Source of the DNA: Candidatus Parcubacteria bacterium
Lineage (GTDB): Bacteria > Patescibacteriota > Minisyncoccia > Phycocordibacterales > UBA2100
NCBI GenBank assembly: GCA_043746305.1
Contig: JAYTRG010000023.1
Location: forward strand, 1-29,384
Reading direction: 5' to 3'
DNA length: 29,384 nt
Shown here: positions 1 through 9,419 of the stretch, piece by piece
Position numbering within the stretch: the stretch's first letter is position 1
Layout of the letters: every line of letters starts with the position of its first letter
The notes under the pieces: generated by a model
Seen by the model: the letters and a program-made list of their open reading frames with translations, nothing else
Told to the model about the DNA's origin: nothing
Database searches by the model: none
Made by a program: the position numbers and the translations under genes

Positions 1-736
1 AAAGTTGTTTGTAAAAAAGCCGGCATATTGCGCCCCGCCACTGGTATTTTGCGCTGTCGCATAAAATACTCCGCCATCGCTATTAAAAAGTACGTCGCCA
101 AAAAGCGGCGACGACAATTGTGCTGGGGGCGACGTTGCAGTAACGATTGCAAAATTTGCTACCTACGGAGAACTAGTAAGAGGAGGTTGGACAGTTTGAC
201 CTGCAGGAAACAGCGCAGAATTTAACGACGTAATAACCGATGGAGTGGCTTGCAAAGCGGGCGCGTTCGTCGAACTGAGCGACTGCGAAATCGGCACGCT
301 GCCCGATAAAACACTAACAAGTGGCGTAGTTTGCGCACCTCGAATGATCTGATTTGCGACGGAAGGTTGAATCATGCCCGTAGGGGAAGATGTGTACCAG
401 CCGCCAGATTTGGAACCTCCTGAAGAGAGCAGCGTCGAGAGGAAGAGCGTCCTCCCGGTAACGACAGCAATTTGCCCCACTGTTACAATAGAATCCTAAA
501 TTGCATCTATGCTCGAAAGAATCCCCGGATCTGTTGCAACACAGGTATTACTGGTGCACACACCTGCAATCGGTATTGGAACACCAGCTACTAAGCATGG
601 GAATGGCCTGCCCGTCGAGTGACGGTCGGTACACACCATGTCTGATTCAATACAAATGTTCGCTTGTGCATACGCAGCGTACGGAAGTGCGCAAAAAAAG
701 CAGGGGGACAAACAAGAGTATTCGCAAACGCCGCAT
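1..736 (-). pseudogene. Disrupted Cys-rich, Ser/Thr-rich secreted protein gene (one frameshift and two in-frame TAG stops), truncated by the window edge
   Basis: ATG at 736 gives MRRLRILLFVPLLF. Removing one base from the A7 run at 693-699 joins it to ...CALPYAAYAQA, forming a classic signal peptide. Track ORFs 496..744 and 163..480 are in the same frame, separated by TAG at 496-498, and the frame stays open for 54 more codons after TAG at 163-165. Confidence 0.6.
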
Positions 737-755
737 ATTGACAAAATCCTACCAT

Positions 756-1388
756 TTATATTGAGAGAGTGAATTGCTCGAGTGCGTACTCGAGCTCCAC
801 TCCCCTACGCCTTGCTTCGTGCGGGAGCTCGGTAAGCGTGACGATGTACTTCCTCGCTCGCTCAGCATCTTTCGTGGTACGCGACTGTAACAGCAGTTGC
901 TTCGCCCCCCAAAATAATACGCCATGAATCGCCTCGGCGGTATTCCCTTGCGCAAGCTCCGCTTGATACGAAATCCACATGTTCTTTTTATCTTTTGTGC
1001 GCAAATGATTCACAAGCAAAAAAACACTCGGTTGCACCTTGGCTTTTTTTGGTAACTCAAATACGCTCACGTGTGCGGAAATTTTTTCAATGCGTTTTTT
1101 AGTAACGGCATCGAGCTTTTCTTCATACATAAGATACGAATCGTCCGAGGTCGCTAAGTGCTCGAGAGATCCGAGTAGCACGGCCCACGACTCTTCATTG
1201 CAAAAAACACTATCAAAAATCACTGTTCTTTTCTCGAGAAATAACCCACCGCCAGCAACAACCGCCGACATATCAGCAAGGGCCGAAGCATCAGTGATTC
1301 GGATGATATCCCCCCCTTTTTTTTCGGCGGCTGCGCTGAGAGCAAGATGGGCCTTTTTTCTATCGGTACCTAAAAAAAGTTCGATCAT
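756..1388 (-). CDS. holA: DNA polymerase III delta subunit-like protein (reduced HolA)
   Basis: 210 aa with an N-terminal MIELFLG-D strand, a GGGLF motif and a helical C-terminus (LVNHL...AIHGVLFW). Its start overlaps the polA stop. Family assigned from pattern recall. Confidence 0.6.
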   Translation of the reverse strand: MIELFLGTDRKKAHLALSAAAEKKGGDIIRITDASALADMSAVVAGGGLFLEKRTVIFDSVFCNEESWAVLLGSLEHLATSDDSYLMYEEKLDAVTKKRIEKISAHVSVFELPKKAKVQPSVFLLVNHLRTKDKKNMWISYQAELAQGNTAEAIHGVLFWGAKQLLLQSRTTKDAERARKYIVTLTELPHEARRRGVELEYALEQFTLSI

Positions 1389-3766
1389 ACGCGCGTAATC
1401 TTTTTGGTCTGTCCCCAGTTTGGGCCAATCGAGATTTCTGCCGTAATCGGCACTCCCGAGAGCGCCTTTTGATCGACGACCGACTCCATTGAATGGCAGA
1501 TTGCGCGTGAAATTTCTTCTGCATATTTTTCGTCAACCTCGTAGACAAGCTCGTCATGCACCTGCATGACGAGCTGCGCATTTGCTCGCCACTCGTTTTT
1601 TTCGATCACATGATCGGCTTTTACCATGGCCAATTTTATGATGTCTGCTTGCGTACCTTGAATAGGGGCGTTTACCGCCATACGTTCAGCAGCTGCACGC
1701 ATCTGCGGCAGAGGTGACTGCAATGCGGCAAAATAACGCCGCCGACCAAAAAGTGTCTCGGTGTAGCCACATTTGGCCGCAGAGAGCTTGGTGTCTTCTA
1801 CATACTGCGCAAGCCCTGCATATTTTTTAAAGTACTGATCTAAGTATGCCGATGCCTCTTCTCGCGAGACGCCGCTGCCAAGATTTTCCTTGAGCGCATT
1901 CACGCCCATGCCGTATAGAATGCCAAAGTTGATAACCTTTGCGCGACGGCGCATTTCCTTATCTACCTGCTCGCGCGGAACGCCGAATACCTCGGACGCA
2001 ACCGCCGCATGCACATCCTCGCCATTCATAAATACCTCAATCAGCTTTTTGTCGCCGGAAAGTCCGGCTGCGATGCGAAGCTCTATCTGCGAGTAGTCGA
2101 GGGCTGCGATGCATCTGCCGACAGGCGCAGCAAACGCCTCACGAATACGTCTTCCGTTTTCTGTAGCTACGGGTATATTTTGAAGATTGGGATTTTGGCT
2201 CGACATGCGCCCTGTGGTGGTTCCTGCCTGCACAAACTCGGCGTGCAATCTACTCGCACTATCTACGAGTGCTGGCAGTTTTTCAATGTACGTCCCCAAA
2301 AGTTTTTGGAGTTCCCTGTACGAAAGCACCTCGTCGATAATCGGATGCTCATTACTGAACTTTACCAACTCCTCCTCGCGTGTAGTGCGCGCGCCGCTTG
2401 CTGTTTTCTTTTGCCGCACACTACTGCCGATATGGAGTTCGTCATACAGTACTTCCGCAAGCTGCTTGGGCGAGTTGATATTAAATTCATGCCCGGCCGC
2501 GCGATATACGCCCCTCGAGAGCGTCTCAAGACGCATGCTGTATTCTTTGCCAAGCGATCGAATGCGCGGCACATCTAGAAAAACTCCTGCCGCATTCATC
2601 CTCTCCACAACTGGAATAAGTGGTTTTTCTATTTTCTCGTATACCCCCAAAAGGTTTGGTGTCTCCCGAAGTTGCGCAAAAACTTTTTCTCTCGCAGCGG
2701 CAAATTGCTCGGATGCACCGGCGCGAAGTACATCGTCAAGAGTTGGGTTCGAAGTGTCACTTCTAAGTAACCATAGTGCTATAGAAGTTTCGCGCAAGTC
2801 TCTCTGGTCTATCTTTTCTTCTGATGCCTGCGGTTCACCTGTCATTCCGGAAGCTGCGTGTACGCGATTTTTGAGCGTCCGAAACTCCAAATTCTCACAC
2901 AGCTCCCCAACCGCTTCCCCGTGATCCCCCATGCGCCAAGTAGTGTCAGGCACCGCAAAGACAATCGGCGCCTCCGTATGAATAGTTGCCAGATCTTTTG
3001 AAAGATACGCTTGCTCCTTTTGGTCCTTGAGGAGCTGCACGATACGAGGTTTAATTCCCGCCTTCTGAAAGGCCGCCTCGTTGCTTGCAAGCACTGCATA
3101 TATTTCATCGAGAGAGCCGAACGCTTGGATGAGTTCGGTCGCGGTTTTTTCGCCTATACCGCGCACCCCGGGAATATTATCCGAGGGGTCGCCGCGAAGC
3201 GCTTTGTAATCAATGACGCGCTCAGGGCCAAAGCCATATCTCTCGTTAACCGCGCCCTCGTCGTACAGCACGGTGTCCGAGATCCCCTTTCGCATCGTAT
3301 ACACCAAGACCTTGGGGGAAACCAGCTGCAGCGTGTCCATATCGCCGGTTGCGATGATGGTACGAATGTCATCCCGTTTTTTAAGCGCTTGCACAATTGA
3401 GCCGATCATATCGTCGGCCTCAAAACCAGGCGCCGCATAAAGTGGTATGCCGAAAGCCTCGTACACGATAGGCGCGCGCTTCAGCTGTGCAATCAGGGCG
3501 GGGTCGGCCGCCATGCGTGTTGCCTTATATGCCTCAAACTTATCGTGACGGTGCGTTTTCCCTGGCAAGTCGCGCGTGGCAATAAGATAATCTGGCTTCA
3601 GCTCTTGAGCCAACTTTAAAATCGTAGAGACAAGACCGTACAAGGCGCCGGTCGGCTCACCCTTACTTGAGGCAAGCTCGGGGAGCGCGTGGTACGCGCG
3701 ATGCAAAATAGCATGCGTGTCGAGCAACACGAGTCGTTTTTGTTTTGTATCCGTTGCCTTACTCAT
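1385..3766 (-). CDS. polA: DNA polymerase I (5'-3' nuclease plus family A polymerase; 3'-5' exonuclease region largely deleted)
   Basis: Motifs LLDTHAILHRAYHA, FEADD, TGDMD, GDPSDNIPGVRGIGEKTA, TGRMSSQNPNLQNIP, DYSQIELR, AKVINFGILYG and QVHDELV. Start placed at MSKATD (3766), overlapping the tsaE stop. Confidence 0.97.
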   Translation of the reverse strand: MSKATDTKQKRLVLLDTHAILHRAYHALPELASSKGEPTGALYGLVSTILKLAQELKPDYLIATRDLPGKTHRHDKFEAYKATRMAADPALIAQLKRAPIVYEAFGIPLYAAPGFEADDMIGSIVQALKKRDDIRTIIATGDMDTLQLVSPKVLVYTMRKGISDTVLYDEGAVNERYGFGPERVIDYKALRGDPSDNIPGVRGIGEKTATELIQAFGSLDEIYAVLASNEAAFQKAGIKPRIVQLLKDQKEQAYLSKDLATIHTEAPIVFAVPDTTWRMGDHGEAVGELCENLEFRTLKNRVHAASGMTGEPQASEEKIDQRDLRETSIALWLLRSDTSNPTLDDVLRAGASEQFAAAREKVFAQLRETPNLLGVYEKIEKPLIPVVERMNAAGVFLDVPRIRSLGKEYSMRLETLSRGVYRAAGHEFNINSPKQLAEVLYDELHIGSSVRQKKTASGARTTREEELVKFSNEHPIIDEVLSYRELQKLLGTYIEKLPALVDSASRLHAEFVQAGTTTGRMSSQNPNLQNIPVATENGRRIREAFAAPVGRCIAALDYSQIELRIAAGLSGDKKLIEVFMNGEDVHAAVASEVFGVPREQVDKEMRRRAKVINFGILYGMGVNALKENLGSGVSREEASAYLDQYFKKYAGLAQYVEDTKLSAAKCGYTETLFGRRRYFAALQSPLPQMRAAAERMAVNAPIQGTQADIIKLAMVKADHVIEKNEWRANAQLVMQVHDELVYEVDEKYAEEISRAICHSMESVVDQKALSGVPITAEISIGPNWGQTKKITRV

Positions 3767-4193
3767 ACCACAGTGTCCTAGCTTCATCCTCCTCAATTGA
3801 AATAGCAATGCGGTGCGCATACACCGGAATAGCTCCTTCTATCTTTTCTGGCCACTCAACCACAACAAGATTGCCGCTATCGGCAACTAATTCGTCCCAC
3901 CCAAGATGCTGCAATTCTCCTGCGCTCTTGAGACGATACGCGTCAATATGCACAAGCCTCTGCCATGATTGGCCTTGCAGCGCATACACTTTTTGAATAA
4001 CAAACGTTGGGCTATTCACCGTCTCCTCTACACCTAGCTCATGTGCAAGCGCTTGCGTAAACGTGGTTTTTCCCGCGCCGAGCTGGCCCGAAAGAGCAAG
4101 CACGGTGGCATGCGGCTCTTTTGCTTTCTCCGCAATAAAACCCGCGGCAAAACTCTGCATCACCTCTACGCTTTCAATCTTCACTCGCTCCAT
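3759..4193 (-). CDS. tsaE: tRNA threonylcarbamoyladenosine biosynthesis ATPase TsaE
   Basis: LSGQLGAGKTTF P-loop, VNSPTFVI, HIDAYRL and VVVEWPE; 144 aa. Confidence 0.95.
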   Translation of the reverse strand: MERVKIESVEVMQSFAAGFIAEKAKEPHATVLALSGQLGAGKTTFTQALAHELGVEETVNSPTFVIQKVYALQGQSWQRLVHIDAYRLKSAGELQHLGWDELVADSGNLVVVEWPEKIEGAIPVYAHRIAISIEEDEARTLWYE

Positions 4194-4229
4194 AGCGCCA
4201 TTCTACTCGCCTTGCGATACAATAACAGC

Positions 4230-5924
<1,695 letters not shown>

Positions 5925-6029
5925 CTAGAATGGTAGGCTCTGCTCTCTTTCACAATGTTCGATTGTTGGAAGTCTATTTGAATTACACCGCAGGTCTTGT
6001 ACTACCTAAATAGTGTTCACGCTTCAAAT

Positions 6030-6560
6030 TTATTGTTTTTTGTAGAGAGCTCCCCAACTTTGATTCTCCTGAGCGGAGATGCGCACAAGCCCAGCTTTTT
6101 CAAAATCTTTTAGGTTATGTACCCCCCAGACACCATTCAAATACAGCACGCCACCTATTTTTAAGACCCGTGCTATTTCCAAAAGCATTGCGGCTTGATC
6201 TTGATCATACACGTTCGCATCAAAAACTGCATTGGAAAGAACGAGATCGAAAAGAGCATCTCCGAATGGTAATTGTTCAATTCTCGCGCCGATCAATCTT
6301 TTTTCTTCGCCACGAGGTCGCGCGTCAACGCCAACAGAATTGATTCCCGCAGCACGCATCTCTTGTAACAGTAGGCCCAAGCCGCTGCCTACCTCAAGGA
6401 CATGGGCGCGCTTGCCAATAGAAAGGCCATGCTCATGCAATATATGCTTTATGAGCTTCAGCGACGCCTTGGCTGCTTCGGGGTTTTTTATACCCTCCTC
6501 CCAAGTACGAACGTGCTCTATAGATGCTTTCCTAACTTCGCCACGAAACCGTTCGGACAT
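6030..6560 (-). CDS. Class I SAM-dependent methyltransferase
   Basis: VLEVGSGLG motif I, VGVD, and LPFGDALFDLVLS. Start likely at MSERF (6560); the track's upstream extension runs through the inverted-repeat region. Confidence 0.85.
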   Translation of the reverse strand: MSERFRGEVRKASIEHVRTWEEGIKNPEAAKASLKLIKHILHEHGLSIGKRAHVLEVGSGLGLLLQEMRAAGINSVGVDARPRGEEKRLIGARIEQLPFGDALFDLVLSNAVFDANVYDQDQAAMLLEIARVLKIGGVLYLNGVWGVHNLKDFEKAGLVRISAQENQSWGALYKKQ

Positions 6561-6667
6561 TGCGACAATGTTACACCACAAAACCGCATTGCGAAGCGGC
6601 ATGCGGGTGGTAGATTTGAGGGAGATGGGAGTGAAGTCGAAGAAAAACGCTTCGATTCCACGCAATG

Positions 6668-6795
6668 TAAAGAGGTGCACACGTTCGGGCGATGCTTTTG
6701 TAGGAAAAGTTGCAGCTGGATGCTAAGGATAGAGGGGGCCAAAACTTCCTCGTCCTCGAAAAAACCGCCATCGCCCGAAGCTATGCGCCTCTTTA
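6668..6795. ncRNA. Candidate long-hairpin structured RNA (6S-like architecture)
   Basis: 27-nt imperfect inverted repeat 6668-6694 / 6769-6795 with 23 of 27 matches, including a perfect 11-bp TTCGGGCGATG/CATCGCCCGAA. An inner AGGAAAAGTT/AACTTCCT stem is separated from it by unpaired strands. Confidence 0.4.
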
Positions 6796-6829
6796 AATGA
6801 AAAAGCGCTCAAGGCGCTTATCTAAAGGA

Positions 6830-6857
6830 ATACTAGCATATAAAAACATTTTGTCAA
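6830..6857 (-). promoter_or_regulatory. Sigma70-type promoter pointing into the hairpin region
   Basis: Minus strand TTGACA-N16-TAGTAT, with TG upstream of the -10 (extended -10). Confidence 0.55.
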
Positions 6858-6922
6858 GCACCTCCGTCAATACCTCGCGAGCCTCCACTCCCCTCTCTTG
6901 AGCGCAGTGCAGCCTCCACGCT

Positions 6923-7930
6923 ATGTCCGAAGAACAAAAAATAAAGGAGAAGAGCCCCAAATCGCTCGACCAAGCGCTTCGTCCTGCCCTTTGGGATGAG
7001 TATGTAGGGCAGCAAGGAATTAAGCACAATCTGCGGATACTCCTTACAGCTGCAAAAGGGCGTAATCACCAACCAGAACACGTACTTTTATATGGCCCGC
7101 CAGGCCTCGGCAAAACCACGCTTGCACATCTCATGAGCCGAGAAATCGGCGCCAACTTGCGCACCACATCAGGCCCTGCAATAGAGCGTGTGGGCGATCT
7201 TGCGTCAATTCTCACCAATCTTGCGCCGGGCGACATTCTCTTTATAGACGAAATCCACCGTCTCAATCGCACCATCGAGGAAATTCTCTACCCTGCCATG
7301 GAAGCCGGCGTGCTTGACATTGTAATAGGCAAAGGTCCGGCTGCCCGCACCGTACAGCTCGAACTCCCTGCCTTTACGCTTATTGCCGCCACCACGCGTA
7401 TCTCAATGCTCTCCGCGCCGCTGAGAAGCCGTTTTTCGGGTGGTGTATTTCGCCTCCAATACTACACAATAGAAGAAATCGCAAAAATTCTTGGGCGCTC
7501 CGCAAAAATTCTTGATATCCACGTAGACAAAGAAAGCCTCATGGAGATTGCCCAGCGATCGCGCGCTACGCCGCGCACCGCCAATTACCTCTTAAAGCGA
7601 TGTCGCGACTACGCCGAGGTTTCGGGAGAACCACTCAATGTAAAGACGGTTAGAAAAGCACTGGCCTTACTTGAGGTAGATGAAATAGGGCTCAACCAAA
7701 TTGACCGCGATATCATTGCCACCATCGTAGAAAAATACCAGGGCGGACCCGTTGGGCTCAAAACCATTGCCGCAGCTCTTTCCGAAGAAGAAGGCACAAT
7801 AGAAGAAGTGCACGAGCCCTATCTCCTTCAAATAGGTCTCATCGAACGCACTCCTCGCGGCCGCACGGTGACCAATAAAGGATACGAACACATCGGCGCA
7901 GAACGGCCAGGGCAGCAAAAACTCATATAA
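6923..7930 (+). CDS. ruvB: Holliday junction branch migration helicase RuvB
   Basis: LRPALWDEYVGQ, YGPPGLGKTTLA, FIDEIHRL, LYPAME and EPYLLQIGLIERTPRGR. Confidence 0.98.
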   Translation: MSEEQKIKEKSPKSLDQALRPALWDEYVGQQGIKHNLRILLTAAKGRNHQPEHVLLYGPPGLGKTTLAHLMSREIGANLRTTSGPAIERVGDLASILTNLAPGDILFIDEIHRLNRTIEEILYPAMEAGVLDIVIGKGPAARTVQLELPAFTLIAATTRISMLSAPLRSRFSGGVFRLQYYTIEEIAKILGRSAKILDIHVDKESLMEIAQRSRATPRTANYLLKRCRDYAEVSGEPLNVKTVRKALALLEVDEIGLNQIDRDIIATIVEKYQGGPVGLKTIAAALSEEEGTIEEVHEPYLLQIGLIERTPRGRTVTNKGYEHIGAERPGQQKLI

Positions 7931-8008
7931 ACACGCAACCTCTCGCGAGGGCGAGATTGCGTGTTCGGCTTCAAAGGTAAGCGTGAGATCGGATAAATTT
8001 GTGCACAA

Positions 8009-8473
8009 CTATTTATGCATCTCAGGGCATCCAGCAGGGCCCATTTTGCACATATAGGCTCCGCAACGCATACATTCCCCGCTCCAGAGCGAAAAGCGGC
8101 CGCTTCCAAGGGACATGATTCCAAACGACATAAGCATGAGGAAAATCTCAAACTCATGCGGCTTGTATAGCCCGTGACCAAAACCAGTGAGGAATATTGC
8201 AACAATCATCTCAACACCGAAAAGTAAGCCAAAGAGGCGCGGTAAAATTCCCAAAATAAGCGCCAACCCGCCAAGCACCTCAAGGTACCCGATAAAGATC
8301 CCGGTCGCGCTGGGAAGTCCGAATCCAACAAACATTTGCTCCACGGGACCAAGGTTCGTTACCTTTCCCCATCCGTGCATCAAAAACACCAACCCAACAC
8401 CAAGGCGAATAAGAAAAAGCCCGAGCGAACGGTGGCCCAAATTAAAACTCCACGAATTAATTAGCTTCTGCAT
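8009..8473 (-). CDS. DoxX family membrane protein
   Basis: LIRLGVGLVFLMHGWGKV, EVLGGLALILG and LGSGRFSL; four hydrophobic segments. Confidence 0.88.
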   Translation of the reverse strand: MQKLINSWSFNLGHRSLGLFLIRLGVGLVFLMHGWGKVTNLGPVEQMFVGFGLPSATGIFIGYLEVLGGLALILGILPRLFGLLFGVEMIVAIFLTGFGHGLYKPHEFEIFLMLMSFGIMSLGSGRFSLWSGECMRCGAYMCKMGPAGCPEMHK

Positions 8474-8590
8474 ACATATCTATATTATTACTATCTCGCC
8501 AGTATAACGACAATACTGAAAAACTTATACACAGGAGCACGTACTAAATTGGGTGCAAAGACGCACATACAATAGGTGGGACGCACGGCG

Positions 8591-8624
8591 ACACAAAAAC
8601 CTCCCCAAAGGGAGGTTTTTGTGT
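8591..8624. terminator. Bidirectional intrinsic terminator-like hairpin
   Basis: Perfect 15-bp stem ACACAAAAACCTCCC / GGGAGGTTTTTGTGT with a 4-nt loop; the A and T tracts give a U-run on either strand. Confidence 0.8.
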
Positions 8625-8865
8625 TTCGGCGATTTCAGGTCTCCGGTGAGCGCGCCCGCGCAGATCAATACGATCTCCCCGCTTGGACGGGAAAAGAGGC
8701 GCTAGCATCCTCATTTCTCATCCGCTCATCCCGCCGCTCCTGGCCGACAACTCCCGCGGCGTCCTTCTACCTAAGGTAGAAACAGGCCCTCGGAGGTGGA
8801 AGTAACTCGGGGCTTTCGCCCCTCGCCTTCGCTTCCGTCTGACGCACGGACAATGCATCAGTACT
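8591..8865 (-). ncRNA. Candidate structured ncRNA B (about 270 nt), family not recognised
   Basis: No credible ORF. Bounded by a promoter-like element (8869-8895) and the terminator. Hairpins at 8839-8861 (8 bp, with a G-U pair only on the minus strand), 8809-8822 (GGGGC-GAAA-GCCCC, GNRA loop on minus), 8765-8781 and 8662-8676. Confidence 0.5.
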
Positions 8866-8868
8866 GCG

Positions 8869-8895
8869 AGTATATACCGCTCTAAATGATGTCAA
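8869..8895 (-). promoter_or_regulatory. Sigma70-type promoter candidate for RNA B
   Basis: Minus strand TTGACA-N15-TATACT; the spacer is short. Confidence 0.45.
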
Positions 8896-8985
8896 ATTGC
8901 AGGAAAAAGCTTGTTTTGGGGACTTGTCTTGGGATATCTTTGGGTTTCTCGTATGAGAACTACTGCACAAGTATAGGGAAAAGTA

Positions 8986-8994
8986 TGTGGATAA
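8986..8994. promoter_or_regulatory. Perfect DnaA-box sequence outside oriC
   Basis: TGTGGATAA, the reverse complement of TTATCCACA. Confidence 0.4.
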
Positions 8995-9002
8995 CAAAAA
9001 TT

Positions 9003-9040
9003 AAAAAAGGACCCACGACTCCTGCTCCACGGAGTCGGTC
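9003..9040 (-). terminator. Intrinsic terminator closing candidate RNA A
   Basis: Minus strand GACC-GACTCC-(8-nt loop)-GGAGTC-GTG-GGTC-C-TTTTTT. Confidence 0.65.
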
Positions 9041-9357
9041 TGGAAGATGCTGTCTATAAGCTTTTCCGCTACAGCCCCAAACGCCAAACGATTTCGCATA
9101 AATGTGAAGACCGGCGGTGAGTTTCCTAAGCGTCCTCTAATGCTTAGGGGGAAACTCACCGGCCAGTTTTGCCACTATGAGGGAGCGTTTCCCTCAGTTG
9201 GCGGTGGATTCGGCGGCCCGGGCGACGCCCGTCGGGGGCGCCTGATGCGCTGTGGTGGCCGCAAGCGGCCCGTCGTAGACTGACATCTCAGTATCCTTCG
9301 TAGACCATGTCCGTCCGACAACCAGAAAGATCATGTCCATATTTAGACTAGCACACC
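9003..9357 (-). ncRNA. Candidate structured ncRNA A (about 350 nt), family not recognised
   Basis: GC-rich with no credible ORF. Perfect 12-bp stem 9115-9126 / 9150-9161, plus stems at 9171-9202, 9226-9240 and 9257-9270 (G-CUUG-C tetraloop on minus). TATAAT on minus at 9365-9370 and a U-tailed terminator at the end. Confidence 0.55.
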
Positions 9358-9419
9358 CTTCCCTATTATAAAAAGCATGTCTGGAATAAGCGGGCAATGG
9401 GTTTATAATTCCCCTACCT

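Noticed and set aside
163-498. Genome-wide TAG-to-Gln recoding suggested by the two in-frame TAGs
   Set aside because: TAG ends rpmH (16000) and rnpA (16319) at their expected C-termini, and also ends the genes at 22445 and 23167. CAG is used normally within the disrupted gene.
8481-8494. 14-nt identity (TATATTATTACTAT) with the oriC trio tract at 14133-14146
   Set aside because: Low-complexity AT-rich sequence just upstream of a minus-strand start codon in both places. More simply explained as a -10 region or chance, and there is no correctly oriented adjacent DnaA box at 8.48 kb.
8630-8650. CCGGAGACCTG on the minus strand resembling the 3' motif of a cobalamin riboswitch
   Set aside because: The other conserved elements of the aptamer are not present in order, and no B12-related gene lies downstream.
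8576-9283. Track ORFs 8576..8779, 8767..8997 and 9047..9283 as small proteins
   Set aside because: Non-ATG or weak starts, no recognisable motifs, and they run through terminators and strong hairpins. Better explained as non-coding.
9003-9357. RNA A as tmRNA or RNase P RNA, based on size
   Set aside because: No TTCRA T-arm with an NCCA end, no pairable GGGG acceptor stem and no stop-terminated tag ORF. No GAGGAAAGTCC or terminal P4 motif on either strand. A covariance-model search is still needed to exclude a very divergent form.
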